NCBI GenBank assembly: GCA_005881885.1
Contig: VBDX01000134.1
Span: forward strand, 4,534-68,533
Length of the DNA stretch: 64,000 nucleotides
Direction: 5' to 3'
From: Chloroflexota bacterium
GTDB lineage: Bacteria > Chloroflexota > Limnocylindria > P2-11E
Shown: positions 1 through 10,117 of the stretch, one piece after another
How positions within the stretch are numbered: position 1 is the first letter of the stretch
Layout of the letters: each line of letters begins with the position of its first letter
Notes under the pieces: generated by a model
Database searches by the model: none
Seen by the model: only the letters and a program-made list of their open reading frames with translations
Told to the model about the DNA's origin: nothing
Program-made: the position numbers and the translations under genes

Positions 1-2328
1 CGTCTCTTCAACGAGACCAAGGAGGCACTCGCACAGCAGACCGCAACGAGCGACATCCTGAAGGTCATCGCACGATCACCGACAGACGTTCAGCCGGTAC
101 TCGACGCGATCGCCGAAAACGCCGCCCGGGTTTGCGGCGCGAGCGACGCCCACGTGTATCGCGTCGACGGTGCAGTCCTGATGCAGTGGGCGCACTACGG
201 ACCGATTCCCGGGCTCGACGCCGGCGAGGCGCTGCCTCTCAGCCGCGAGTCCCTGATTGGCCGCTGCATCGTCGACCGAAGGACGATTCACATTCGCGAT
301 GCCGCTGCGGAGCTCGATCCCGCCGACTATCCGATCAGCGTCGATCTCCAGCGCCGCTGGGGCTACCGGACATCCCTCTCGGTGCCTCTGCTTCGTCACG
401 GCGTCGCGATCGGTGGTATCGCCATCCGCCGGATGGAGGTCGAGCCGTTCTCCCTGAAGCAGATCGAGCTTCTCGAGACCTTCGCCGCTCAGGCGGTCAT
501 CGCCATCGAGAACGTGCGTCTCTTCAACGAGACCAAGGAAGCACTCGAGCAGCAGACCGCGATCGCGGACGTGCTCAAGACGATCAGCCGCTCCGCGTTC
601 GATCTCCGGCCCGTCCTCGACGTCGTGCTTGAGAATGCGGTCCGCCTCGCCGGTGCCGATATTGGTTGGCTCTCGCGTGTCGAGAGCGAGCGGTTCCAGA
701 CGATCGCGTATAGCAGCAGCTTCCCGGCAGATGTCCGCGAGGCGCTCGCGAGAGACCGCGCAGCAGGCCATTTCGGCGGCGACTGGCGACCGTTCGGGTC
801 CGAGAGTGGCGTGATGGGCACGGTCCTCGAGCGCCGAACGACCGTTCAGATCGCAGACGCGAAAGCCGACCCGATCCTCGGGAAGTCGCTCGTCGTCCGC
901 TTGACCGAATCGCGTGCCGTTCTCGGAGTGCCAATGCTGCGGGAAGGCGTCGTCATCGGAGGCGTTGTGCTGGCCCGATACGACGTCCGGCCGTTCAACG
1001 AGCGCGATGTTGAGCTCGTCCAGACGTTTGCGGACCAAGCAGCCATTGCGATCGAGAATGTTCGACTCTTCGACGAAACGCGCGCTGCCCTCGAACGCGA
1101 GACGGCGGTAGGCAACGTCCTCAAGACGCTCAGCCGGACCGTCTTCGATCTCGAGCCTGCGCTGGAGGCCGTGGTCGAGAACGCCGCGCGCCTGGCGGAC
1201 GCGGATGTCGCCTGGATGACGAAGCAAGTCGACGGCTTGAACTACGACTGGGGTGCTCGCTATGCGAAATCGGGCGATCCCGATGTGATCTTTGGACAGC
1301 GGGCGTTCGGGCGCAACACGCTCTATGTCGAAGGGTCGGTCATGAACCGGGTCCTTGCGGAACGGCGCACGCTCCACGTGCCGGACATGCAAGCGGAGCC
1401 CGACCTACTGTCGAAATCGAGAGTCGTCCGAGAGACCAGCTCGCGCTCCGTGCTCGGCGTCCCCGTGCTCAGCGAAAGCGAGGTCCTTGGAGCGATCGTC
1501 CTCGGGCGACTCGCGGTCCGACCCTTCTCGGATCGCGAGATCCAGCTCGTGGAGACGTTCGCCGATCAGGCGGCGATCGCGATCCAGAACGTGCGTCTGT
1601 TCAACGAGATTCAGGACAAGAGCCGCCAGCTCGAGGTCGCGAGCCGGCACAAGAGCGAGTTCCTTGCGAACATGAGCCATGAACTCCGGACCCCCCTCAA
1701 TGCCATCATCGGGTTCTCCGAGGTCCTCCTCGAGCGGATGTTCGGCGAGGTCAACACCAAGCAAGAGGACTACTTGCGCGACATCCTCGGGTCGGGCCGC
1801 CATCTGCTCACGCTCATCAACGACATCTTGGATCTTTCGAAGATCGAAGCGGGACGAATGGAGCTCGAGCGAAGCATCTTCTCACTGCGGACGGCACTGG
1901 AGAACGGCGTCACGATGGTGCGCGAGCGCGCCGGCCGTCACGACATCGCTATCGCCATCGATCTCGGGGAGGGCCTCGAGGAGGTCGCTGGCGACGAGCG
2001 CAAAATCAAGCAGGTCATCTACAACCTGCTTTCGAACGCCGTGAAGTTCACACCGGACGGCGGAAGCGTGAACGTGACCGCGGCGCGCGAGAACGGCGCG
2101 GCCACCGTGACCGTTCGCGACACCGGCATCGGGATAGCCCCGGAGGATCAGGAGCGGATCTTCGAGGAATTCAGCCAGGTCGGCCGCGATCCGGAACGAT
2201 CGCGCGAGGGGACCGGCCTTGGGCTCACCCTCTCGAAGCGCTTCGTGGAGTTGCACGGCGGAACGATCAAGGTCGAGAGCGCGCCCGGCCAGGGCAGCGC
2301 GTTCACGTTTACGCTGCCGCAACCATGA
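1..2328 (+). CDS. multi-GAF sensor histidine kinase (5'-partial)
   Basis: Frame open from base 1 ([20 protein letters not shown]...). Three GAF repeats ending FA(A/D)QA(V/A)IAI(E/Q)NVRLF; H-box [14 protein letters not shown]; [22 protein letters not shown]. Confidence 0.95.
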   Translation, partial: RLFNETKEALAQQTATSDILKVIARSPTDVQPVLDAIAENAARVCGASDAHVYRVDGAVLMQWAHYGPIPGLDAGEALPLSRESLIGRCIVDRRTIHIRDAAAELDPADYPISVDLQRRWGYRTSLSVPLLRHGVAIGGIAIRRMEVEPFSLKQIELLETFAAQAVIAIENVRLFNETKEALEQQTAIADVLKTISRSAFDLRPVLDVVLENAVRLAGADIGWLSRVESERFQTIAYSSSFPADVREALARDRAAGHFGGDWRPFGSESGVMGTVLERRTTVQIADAKADPILGKSLVVRLTESRAVLGVPMLREGVVIGGVVLARYDVRPFNERDVELVQTFADQAAIAIENVRLFDETRAALERETAVGNVLKTLSRTVFDLEPALEAVVENAARLADADVAWMTKQVDGLNYDWGARYAKSGDPDVIFGQRAFGRNTLYVEGSVMNRVLAERRTLHVPDMQAEPDLLSKSRVVRETSSRSVLGVPVLSESEVLGAIVLGRLAVRPFSDREIQLVETFADQAAIAIQNVRLFNEIQDKSRQLEVASRHKSEFLANMSHELRTPLNAIIGFSEVLLERMFGEVNTKQEDYLRDILGSGRHLLTLINDILDLSKIEAGRMELERSIFSLRTALENGVTMVRERAGRHDIAIAIDLGEGLEEVAGDERKIKQVIYNLLSNAVKFTPDGGSVNVTAARENGAATVTVRDTGIGIAPEDQERIFEEFSQVGRDPERSREGTGLGLTLSKRFVELHGGTIKVESAPGQGSAFTFTLPQP

Positions 2329-2699
2329 CCCGGATCCTCCTCGTCGAAGACAACGAAAAGAACATGAAGCTCGCGCGGGACCTGCTCGCGTACAACGGGC
2401 ACACCGTCTTCGAAGCCACGACCGGCGAAGCGGCTGTGGCGACGGCAACGAAGGAGCTGCCCGACCTCGTCCTGATGGACATTCAGCTCCCGGGCATCGA
2501 CGGCATCGAGGCGCTGCGCCGGATCCGCGCAGACGGCAAGGCCTCGCGCATCCCCGTGGTCGCGTTGACCGCCTCCGTGATGGCCGACGATCGCGAGCGC
2601 TTCGACAAAGCCGGCTTCGACGGATTCCTCGCGAAGCCCATCGACGTCAAGACGTTCAACGACCAAGTCATGCAGCTCATCGCGAAGGGACGCGTATGA
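2325..2699 (+). CDS. single-domain response regulator (CheY/DivK-like)
   Basis: [23 protein letters not shown]; ATGA overlap with the kinase. Confidence 0.95.
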   Translation: MTRILLVEDNEKNMKLARDLLAYNGHTVFEATTGEAAVATATKELPDLVLMDIQLPGIDGIEALRRIRADGKASRIPVVALTASVMADDRERFDKAGFDGFLAKPIDVKTFNDQVMQLIAKGRV

Positions 2700-4279
2700 G
2701 CGACCGGCCTGCCCGCATCCTCGCGGTCGATGACAAGCCGGAGAACATTCGCCTGCTGGAGGCGGTCCTCGCGCCATCCGGTTACGAGGTGATCGCGGCA
2801 TCGAGCGGCGACGAGGCCATCGTCAAGGTCCGCGAGCAAACCCCCGACTTGATCCTCACCGACATCGTGATGCCGGGCATGACTGGCTACGAGCTCTGCC
2901 GCCGGCTGCGAGCCGACCCGGCGACGGCCTTCCTGCCGATCGTGACTCTGACCGCCAGCGGTGGCGAAGAAAAGCGCGAAGCTCTTGACGCCGGTGCGGA
3001 CGACTTCGTCGCCAAGCCTTTCGACAAGACGGAGCTCCTTGCTCGCGTGCGCTCGCTGCTGCGCATCAAGCGGTACTACGACGATCTGAACGACGCGCTC
3101 GACCGCCAGACCGCGATCGGGGACGTTCTGCGCACGATCGGCTCGTCGGCATTCGACATCGAGCCCGTCCTTCATTCGGTCGCGCAGCACGCCGCCAGGC
3201 TCTGCGGCGCCGAGAACGTGGTCATCTGGCGCACGACGGGCACCGGCTACCGCCTCTGGGTGGCCCAGGAAGTACGTGACGACTTCATGCGCATCGTCGC
3301 CGACCGTGAGATCCCGATCGGGCCGGACACGATCGTCGGCCGGGCGCACCTCGAGAAGCGGCCGGTCCAGGTGCCCGACATCAGCGAGTACTACCGCGGG
3401 GCGAGCGGACCCGCCGCCGAGATCGCACGGATCGGCGCCTACCGAACGCTCCTCGCCGTGCCGCTCATTCGTGACGATCAGGTCCTCGGCGTCCTGTCGC
3501 TCACACACACCCAGGTCCAGCCGTTCACTGAAGATCAGGTCGCTCTCGTCCGCACGTTCGCCGACCAGGCCGCGATCGCGATCGCGAACGCTGACCTCTT
3601 CGATACGGTCGAGCGTCAACGACAGCAGCTTTCCCGGTTCCTCTCACCGCAGATCGCCGCCCTCATCACCAGCGACGAAGGAGCGAAGATGCTGGAAGGC
3701 CATCGGCGCCAGATCACCGTCGTCTTCCTGGATCTGCGCGGCTTCACGGCCTTTGCGGAGACGGCCGAGCCCGAGGAGGTCCTCGGAGTTCTCCGCGAGT
3801 ACCAGAAGGCGATGGGCGAGCTCATCGTCGCGCACCAGGGCACCCTCGAGCACTTCGCCGGCGACGGGATGATGGTGTGGTTCAACGATCCGCTGCCGGT
3901 CCCGCAGCACGAGCTGCAGGCGGTCCGGATGGCCTGCTCCATGCGCGAGCGGTTCGACGAGCTGGCCAATGCCTGGAACAAGAAGGGTTACGTGCTCGGG
4001 TTCGGCGTCGGCGTCGCGACTGGCTATGCCACGCTCGGACGCATCGGCTTCGAGGGGCGGTACGACTACGGCGCGATCGGCAACGTGGTCATCCTCGCCC
4101 AGAGGTTGTCGGCGGAGGCCAAGGCCGGACAGATCCTCCTGAGCCAGCGCGTCCAGGCCGCCGTCGACCAGGAAGCCGAGACGACCTCCGTAGGCGAGCT
4201 CACCCTCAAGGGTTTCACTCGGCCCGTCCCGGCATTCGACGCGCGGTCCGTGAAGACGCCGGCACCCGTTCGCTCCTGA
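2696..4279 (+). CDS. receiver-GAF-class III adenylate/guanylate cyclase
   Basis: ATG 2696 overlaps the upstream stop. ILAVDD/TDIVMPG receiver, GAF, VFLDLRGFT, FAGDGMM, YGAIGNVVILAQRL. Confidence 0.93.
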   Translation: MSDRPARILAVDDKPENIRLLEAVLAPSGYEVIAASSGDEAIVKVREQTPDLILTDIVMPGMTGYELCRRLRADPATAFLPIVTLTASGGEEKREALDAGADDFVAKPFDKTELLARVRSLLRIKRYYDDLNDALDRQTAIGDVLRTIGSSAFDIEPVLHSVAQHAARLCGAENVVIWRTTGTGYRLWVAQEVRDDFMRIVADREIPIGPDTIVGRAHLEKRPVQVPDISEYYRGASGPAAEIARIGAYRTLLAVPLIRDDQVLGVLSLTHTQVQPFTEDQVALVRTFADQAAIAIANADLFDTVERQRQQLSRFLSPQIAALITSDEGAKMLEGHRRQITVVFLDLRGFTAFAETAEPEEVLGVLREYQKAMGELIVAHQGTLEHFAGDGMMVWFNDPLPVPQHELQAVRMACSMRERFDELANAWNKKGYVLGFGVGVATGYATLGRIGFEGRYDYGAIGNVVILAQRLSAEAKAGQILLSQRVQAAVDQEAETTSVGELTLKGFTRPVPAFDARSVKTPAPVRS

Positions 4280-4304
4280 CCCGACTCAAGAGAGAGCGGG
4301 CCTG

Positions 4305-4322
4305 CACATGCTAATGTATGTG
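4305..4322. promoter_or_regulatory. inverted repeat at vapBC promoter (putative autoregulatory operator)
   Basis: CACAT-gcTAATGT-ATGTG encloses a TAATGT -10-like hexamer at the antitoxin start. Confidence 0.4.
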
Positions 4323-4569
4323 TATGTTTGGCAGACGGCTTCAAATACTTCTTGATGACCATCGCTATCGGCGCCTCGCTACGCGCGCGCGTCAGACGAA
4401 CAAGTCTGTAGGGGCACTCGTCCGTGAGGCGATCGACCTCGCCTATCCGGCCGGATCGGCGCGTCGCTCCACGGCCTTTCGGACGATCTTTCAGGCGCCG
4501 CGGATCGAACTGCCCTCGCCCCGAGAGCTCCGTCGGGAGCTCGAGGAGCTCCGTTCGGGTCGCGCGTGA
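4318..4569 (+). CDS. vapB: RHH/CopG-type antitoxin
   Basis: RRLQILLD...SVGALVREAID ribbon-helix-helix pattern; overlaps the PIN gene. Confidence 0.8.
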   Translation: MCMFGRRLQILLDDHRYRRLATRARQTNKSVGALVREAIDLAYPAGSARRSTAFRTIFQAPRIELPSPRELRRELEELRSGRA

Positions 4570-4991
4570 TCGTCCTCGACACGACGGTCCTTGCGTACGC
4601 GGTCGGTGCCGATACGAAGCTCGCCGAGCCCAACCTCCGAATCCTCGAAGCGGTGCGCGACGGAAGACTGGAAGCGACGACGACGGCCGAAGTCATTCAG
4701 GAGTTCGCCCACGTGTACGCGCGGCGCAGGGACCGAGCGCAGGCCGCTCAGTTGGCTCGCGCATACGCTGAGCTTCTGATGCCGCTTGCGGTGGTCGACC
4801 GGGCCGAGCTCGAGGCTGGGCTGGCTCTGTTTGAGCAGGTGCGCGCGCTCGGTGCATTCGACGGTGTGCTCGCGGCCGTAGCGCTCGGCCGCGGAGCAGA
4901 GGCCCTCGTCTCTGCTGATCGCGCGTTCGGCGCCGTGCCGAAGCTGCGACATGTCGATCCGTTCTCGTCGATCGAAGAGCTCTTCGCCTAA
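4566..4991 (+). CDS. vapC: PIN-domain toxin
   Basis: IVLDTTVL, EVIQEF, FDGVLAA, LVSADRAF acidic PIN residues. Confidence 0.9.
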   Translation: MIVLDTTVLAYAVGADTKLAEPNLRILEAVRDGRLEATTTAEVIQEFAHVYARRRDRAQAAQLARAYAELLMPLAVVDRAELEAGLALFEQVRALGAFDGVLAAVALGRGAEALVSADRAFGAVPKLRHVDPFSSIEELFA

Positions 4992-6307
4992 GCGAGACCC
5001 GCGCGCTTCAGCAGCGGCTGCAGCTGCTCGGCGGCCTTCGCGCGCACCTCGTTCGGATCCATCTTCGTCGGCGTGCCGTCGCGAACTAGGAACTCGCCAT
5101 CCACGAGCACGTGCCGCACCGCACGCGAGCCGCCACCGAACAGGATGCGCGCGGCGGGATCGCCTCCGGGGCCATCGAGACGATCGACATCGAGGACCAC
5201 GAGATCGGCGCGCTTGCCTTGCTCGAGCGTGCCGACTTCCTGATCGATCTTCAGCATCTTCGCACCCTCACGCGTCGCGAGCGCCATCGAATCCGCCGCC
5301 GTGAGCGTGCCCAGCCCGCTGACCACGCGCGCGAGCAAGGTCGCGAGCCGCATTTCCTCGAAGCCATCGAGCTGGTTGTTGCACGCGGCGCCGTCGGCGC
5401 CGATCCCGACCGTGATGCGAGCGGCCCGGAGCTTCGCCACCTGGGCGATTCCGGAGCCGAGCTTGAGGTTCGATGAGGGACAGTGGGCGACCGACGTCTT
5501 CGTCGTGCGGAGGATCTCGATCTCCTGATCGTCGAGGTGCACGCCGTGCGCGATGATCGCGCGCTCGCAAGCGATCCCGGTGTCGAGCAGGTATTGCATC
5601 GGCGTCCGACCGGTTGCCATGACCACCGCGTTGCGCTCGTCGACGCTCTCGTTCGAATGGGTGTGGACCAGAAGGTCGCTCAGCTTCGCGAGCTGGGTGA
5701 CCGCCTCGAGGAGCTCGCGCGTGCACGACAACGCGAAGCGCGGCATGTACACGTACCCGATCCTGCCGCTCGACGCTTTGTGCCAACGCTTGGTGAGGGC
5801 GCCCGCGGCATCGAGCGATGCACGGGTCGTCTCGACCAAGGCCGGGGGCACACCCTCGCCCGAATCCATCATCGCCTGCCCGAAGCGGGCGCGGATGCCA
5901 CTCCGCACCAGCTCCTCCGCCACGATGTCGCCGAACTTCGTCGTTCCCATGTCGAGGATCGTCGTTGTCCCGGTCATCAGGAGATCGAGCAAGCCGAGCC
6001 GAACGCTGGCGCGCACCGACGCCTCATCGTGCGCGGCCTCGAGCGGCCACACGCGGGCGCGGAGCCACTGGAGGAGCGCCATATCTTCGGCAAGGCCGCG
6101 GAAGAGCGTTTGGACGAGATGGATGTGCGTCTGGACGAGCCCCGGCATGACCACGCAGCCCGAGATGTCGACGACCTCCGTGTCAGGCGGCGGTATCACC
6201 TGGCCGAGACCGCCAATGCGCGTGCCACTGACCAGGAGGTCGCCCCACATCGGACGCGGGCTGTCCTTGAGTGGCAGCAACGTCCCGCCGCGTAGGAGGA
6301 GGCTCAT
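4988..6307 (-). CDS. amidohydrolase-superfamily nucleoside/purine deaminase (MtaD/SsnA-like)
   Basis: MPGLVQTHIHL, HTHSNES, AHCPSSNLKLGSG, GADG; ATG 6307 overlaps the upstream stop. Confidence 0.85.
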   Translation of the reverse strand: MSLLLRGGTLLPLKDSPRPMWGDLLVSGTRIGGLGQVIPPPDTEVVDISGCVVMPGLVQTHIHLVQTLFRGLAEDMALLQWLRARVWPLEAAHDEASVRASVRLGLLDLLMTGTTTILDMGTTKFGDIVAEELVRSGIRARFGQAMMDSGEGVPPALVETTRASLDAAGALTKRWHKASSGRIGYVYMPRFALSCTRELLEAVTQLAKLSDLLVHTHSNESVDERNAVVMATGRTPMQYLLDTGIACERAIIAHGVHLDDQEIEILRTTKTSVAHCPSSNLKLGSGIAQVAKLRAARITVGIGADGAACNNQLDGFEEMRLATLLARVVSGLGTLTAADSMALATREGAKMLKIDQEVGTLEQGKRADLVVLDVDRLDGPGGDPAARILFGGGSRAVRHVLVDGEFLVRDGTPTKMDPNEVRAKAAEQLQPLLKRAGLA

Positions 6308-7560
6308 GTCTGATACGCGAGCTCGCGCAACGCGGTCGCGAGCGTGCGCGTCCCCAGCACGACGTCCTCGGCCGCGGTCGCCTCGTCGGGGCAGTGGGAT
6401 CGCCCGCCGATGCTCGGAACGAAGAGCATCCCGGCGTTCGCCGCGGCCGTGAGCACCTGCGCGTCGTGCCCCGCGCCGCTCGTCATGTCGCGCGGCTCCA
6501 TGCCGGCCGCGAGGCAGGCCCGGCGGAGAACGTCCGCGATACGCGGCGAGAGCGTCACCGGGGAACGGTCCCGAAGCGTGCGGATCTCCACATCCAATCC
6601 ACGCTCCCGCGCGATCGCCTTGCACGCATCACCGATATGGGTGAGAAGCTCTGTCCGACGCGCGGGCTCCGGGTGTCGTGCATCAACTGTGAAACGAGCG
6701 ACGCCAGGAACCACGTTGACCTGCGCCGGCTCCACGGCGATGGTGCCCACCGTCGCCACCGCCGGGTGCCCCATGCGGACCGCGGTATCGGCGATGGCAA
6801 GCGTCATCGCTGAGGCGCCCAGCAAAGCATCACGGCGGCGAGTCATGGCCATCGCGCCGGCGTGATCGGGCTGTCCGCGCACCGTCACCTCGAGGTGCGC
6901 GGTGCCGGCGATGGTCGTGACGACGCCGAGCCGCGGCCCGTGATCCTCGAGAATCGGGCCTTGCTCTACGTGCAGCTCGACGAAGACGTCGATGTCGCGA
7001 CGCACGGCACCCGCCGCAGTGGCGGGGTCGAGGCCGACCGAACGCATCGCGTCGGCGAGCGTGATGCCGTCGGCGTCGCGGATGCGTTCGGCTTCGTCCG
7101 GCTCGAGGCGATCGGCGATGGCGCGCGCGCCCCAGAAGTTGGTGTTGAAACGGCTGCCCTCTTCCTCGCAGATGGCGACACACTCGAGGATCCGCGTCGA
7201 CCGGCCGAAGCGGTGCCAGAGACTCGTGACCGCTTCGATCCCCGCGACGATGCCGAGCGCGCCGTCGAGCGCGCCGCCGCCGCGGACCGTGTCGATGTGC
7301 GATCCGGTCACGATCGCGCGGCCTCCGCGCGAGCCCTCGATGCGCCCCCAAACGTTCCCGACCGCGTCGCGTCGCACGAAGAGACCCGCTTCTTTGAGCC
7401 AGCTGGCGACGAGTTCCATCGCCGAGCTCCACGCCGGCGTGTACAGGGCGCGATAGATCCCGCCCTGCGCGAGCGCTCCGCGCTGGGCGAGATCGTCCAG
7501 CCGGCGCAGGAGCCGGCGCTCGTCGATCGCGACCAGCTCTCCCGTCGTGGTCGCGCTCAT
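6304..7560 (-). CDS. allC: M20 Zn-hydrolase, allantoate amidohydrolase / N-carbamoyl-L-amino acid hydrolase
   Basis: GSHIDTV, DGALG, EEEG, ELHVEQGP, SGAGHDA, SHCPDE; downstream of allantoinase. Confidence 0.8.
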   Translation of the reverse strand: MSATTTGELVAIDERRLLRRLDDLAQRGALAQGGIYRALYTPAWSSAMELVASWLKEAGLFVRRDAVGNVWGRIEGSRGGRAIVTGSHIDTVRGGGALDGALGIVAGIEAVTSLWHRFGRSTRILECVAICEEEGSRFNTNFWGARAIADRLEPDEAERIRDADGITLADAMRSVGLDPATAAGAVRRDIDVFVELHVEQGPILEDHGPRLGVVTTIAGTAHLEVTVRGQPDHAGAMAMTRRRDALLGASAMTLAIADTAVRMGHPAVATVGTIAVEPAQVNVVPGVARFTVDARHPEPARRTELLTHIGDACKAIARERGLDVEIRTLRDRSPVTLSPRIADVLRRACLAAGMEPRDMTSGAGHDAQVLTAAANAGMLFVPSIGGRSHCPDEATAAEDVVLGTRTLATALRELAYQT

Positions 7561-8948
7561 GCGGCGGTTCCTTCCTCCCTCGTGATGAATCGTCCATGCG
7601 GTGGGTTCGTGACGATCTCCCCGTCACGGTAGACGACGCGGCCGCGTACGAGCGTCGAAACGATCCGACCGCGGAACGAACGCCCGATGTACGGGTCCAC
7701 CCCGCGCGTATACGAGCGGTCGCGGTCGAGCGTCCATTCGCGATCCGGATCGAAGAGCACGACGTCGGCGTCCGACCCGGCCGCGATGGTTCCCTTCCGT
7801 GGCCAGAGCCCGAAGCGCCTCGCCGGCTTTGCCGCGAGACGCCAGGCGATGAAGCCCGCGACCTTGCGGACATCGAGCGCGTCGCCCGCCCGCCGCGCGG
7901 CTTCGGTGAAGGTCACCGGCAGCAAGGACTGCACGCCGGCGACACCGCCCCACGCCGCGAAGATGTCCCGTGTCCCGCGCGCCTTGAGATCCGGCGTACA
8001 CGGCGAGTGATCCGATGCGACCAGGTCGATCTTGCCGTCGACGAGCGCCTGCCAGAGCCCATCGCGGTTACGCATATCCCGAATGGGCGGTGCGCACTTG
8101 AGCGCAGGGCCCAGGTGCTCCATGTCGCTGTCGTCGAACTCGAGATAGTGCGGACAGGTTTCGACGGTCACGTCCGTCCCGGAGTCACGCGCCGCGCCGA
8201 TCGCGCCAAGAGCCTCGACCGCCGAGAGATGAACGATGTGGATGCGCGCGCCGGCCTCGCGAGCGGCCGCGCAGGCTCGCGCGACCGCACGCACCTCGAC
8301 GAGCGGCGGCCGCGACGCCGCCCACGCAGCCGCGTCACGCCGGCCGTCACCCCGAACGCGCCCGGTCGCCTCGCGCACGAGCGTCTCGTCTTCTGCATGC
8401 AAGGCGACGAGCAGACCGGCCTCCGCTGCGGCCCGGAGAGCCGGCACCAGCTCGTCGTCCGCCAGCGGCGGAAACTCAGGAACGCCGCTGTCGCAGAGGA
8501 AGGCCTTGCAGCCGATCGCGCCGCGACCCTTCAGCTCGTGGAGGCTCATCGGATCCGCGTCGACCAGCCCACCCCAGAGACCGAAGTCGACGATCGAGGC
8601 GCGCTCGGCCGCGGCACGCTTGGCGTCGAACGCGGTGCCGTCCAGAAGCGGCGGCACGGAGTTGAGGGGCATGTCCAGCACGGTCGTGATGCCGCCGGCC
8701 GCAGCGGCGCGGCTCCCGGTCGCCCAGCCTTCCCACTCCGTCCGGCCTGGCTCGTTGAAGTGCACGTGCGCGTCGACCATCCCCGGAAGCGCCAGCAACC
8801 CGCGGGCGTCGATCTCGTCCGCCGCCGTCGAGGCGCCCGGTTCCACGAGCGCGCTGATCCGACCGCCGCGGATCAGCACATCCCGCGCGTAGGCCCCCTC
8901 CGACACGACGACGGCACCGCGGATCGCAAGATCCGCACGAGGGCTCAC
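7557..8948 (-). CDS. allB: allantoinase
   Basis: DAHVHFNEPGRTEWEG, DMPLNSVP, ETCPHYL, KCAPPIR, SDHSP, AWGG. Confidence 0.92.
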   Translation of the reverse strand: MSPRADLAIRGAVVVSEGAYARDVLIRGGRISALVEPGASTAADEIDARGLLALPGMVDAHVHFNEPGRTEWEGWATGSRAAAAGGITTVLDMPLNSVPPLLDGTAFDAKRAAAERASIVDFGLWGGLVDADPMSLHELKGRGAIGCKAFLCDSGVPEFPPLADDELVPALRAAAEAGLLVALHAEDETLVREATGRVRGDGRRDAAAWAASRPPLVEVRAVARACAAAREAGARIHIVHLSAVEALGAIGAARDSGTDVTVETCPHYLEFDDSDMEHLGPALKCAPPIRDMRNRDGLWQALVDGKIDLVASDHSPCTPDLKARGTRDIFAAWGGVAGVQSLLPVTFTEAARRAGDALDVRKVAGFIAWRLAAKPARRFGLWPRKGTIAAGSDADVVLFDPDREWTLDRDRSYTRGVDPYIGRSFRGRIVSTLVRGRVVYRDGEIVTNPPHGRFITREEGTAA

Positions 8949-9358
8949 TCCTCGTCGATGCCGAAGTCCTGCGCGCCCTCCCAGAGGGTGAGCCGTCCGA
9001 CCTCCGCGAGTCGCTCGTTGCCTTCAACGACGGTCGCGAAGTGATTCCCGGCGAGCTGACCCACCTTGCTCGCGAAGAGGGTCGAACCGTACGGAAAAAG
9101 GATCTCCATCTCCGAAATCCCGCCCGGATAGACGAGGATCTCGCCCGGTGCCGGATGACTCGTGTGATTCTCGTACTCGACACCGAGGCGCTTGGAGCCC
9201 ATCGGGACCCAGGTCGCCTCGCCGCTCCAGCGCACGTGTAGCAGCTTGCTTCGCAGGGGAAGGAGCTTGCGTATCGCGGCGGTCGTCTTCGGCGCCGCCT
9301 GCTCCTCGAGACGCGCCCGGAAGGTGAACGGGCCCGCGGTGATCCGGAGCATCCGCAT
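8945..9358 (-). CDS. DUF3830 family protein (cyclophilin-like fold)
   Basis: APKT...HVRWSGEA, ENHTSHPAPGEILVYPGGISE, GQLAGNHF. Confidence 0.85.
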   Translation of the reverse strand: MRMLRITAGPFTFRARLEEQAAPKTTAAIRKLLPLRSKLLHVRWSGEATWVPMGSKRLGVEYENHTSHPAPGEILVYPGGISEMEILFPYGSTLFASKVGQLAGNHFATVVEGNERLAEVGRLTLWEGAQDFGIDEE

Positions 9359-9366
9359 CGCGGGCG

Positions 9367-9373
9367 TACGATA
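9367..9373. promoter_or_regulatory. overlapping divergent -10 hexamers
   Basis: TACGAT (+) and TATCGT (-) inside a 25-bp gap between divergent start codons at 9358 and 9384. Confidence 0.55.
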
Positions 9374-9383
9374 CCGGCCGCTC

Positions 9384-9677
9384 ATGGCGGCCCTTTCCAC
9401 CCACGTGCTGGACACGGCGACCGGCCGTCCGGCCGCAGGCGTCGCCGTCGCCCTCGAACGTGGGGGGAACGTGGTCGCACGCGGCACGACCGACGCGGAC
9501 GGCCGCATCAGCGAGCTCGCGTCGTCGCTCGCGCCCGGCCGCTACGAGCTCGTCTTCGAGCTGGCCGGCGGCTTCTTCCGCCGTGTGGCGCTCGAGATCG
9601 AGATCGGAAGCGAACCCACATACCACGTCCCGCTGCTCGTCACCCCGTTCGGCGTCACGAGCTACCGCGGCTCGTGA
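9384..9677 (+). CDS. uraH: 5-hydroxyisourate hydrolase
   Basis: LSTHVLDTATGRPA, YHVPLL, C-terminal YRGS. Confidence 0.95.
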   Translation: MAALSTHVLDTATGRPAAGVAVALERGGNVVARGTTDADGRISELASSLAPGRYELVFELAGGFFRRVALEIEIGSEPTYHVPLLVTPFGVTSYRGS

Positions 9678-10117
9678 TGCGCATCGCGCGGGCGGATCTC
9701 GACGCCATTTTCGAGCGCGCGCCCGGCCTCGCCGAGCGCGTCCGTGGTGAGGACGCCGACGCGATCATCGCATCCGCGCGTGCCGCGCTCGCGCGGATGA
9801 GCGAGGCCGAGCGGATCGCGGTGCTGAACGCGCATCCCCGGATCGGAGCGGATGTGAGATCCCTCTCCGCGGCATCTCGCCGCGAGCAAGGACGCGCCGC
9901 CAGCGACGCGACGCATCAACACCTTCGTCGCTTGAACGACGAGTACGAGCGCAAATTCGGCTTCCGCTTCGTGGTCTTCGTGCATGGGCGTTCGAAGGTC
10001 GAGATCGTCCGGGTCTTCGAGGAGCGACTCAGGCGCGCGAAAGCGCACGAGCTTGCGACGGGTATCGAGGAGTTCCTCGCCATCGCCCACGACCGCTTGC
10101 TGGGAGTGCCACGGTGA
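9674..10117 (+). CDS. uraD: OHCU decarboxylase
   Basis: NAHPRIG, SRREQ, LNDEYERKFGFRFVVFV. Confidence 0.9.
   Translation: MMRIARADLDAIFERAPGLAERVRGEDADAIIASARAALARMSEAERIAVLNAHPRIGADVRSLSAASRREQGRAASDATHQHLRRLNDEYERKFGFRFVVFVHGRSKVEIVRVFEERLRRAKAHELATGIEEFLAIAHDRLLGVPR

Noticed and set aside
1-1620. Recurrent nucleotide repeats such as cgtctcttcaacgagaccaagga
   Set aside because: Explained by tandem GAF-domain repeats in the kinase.
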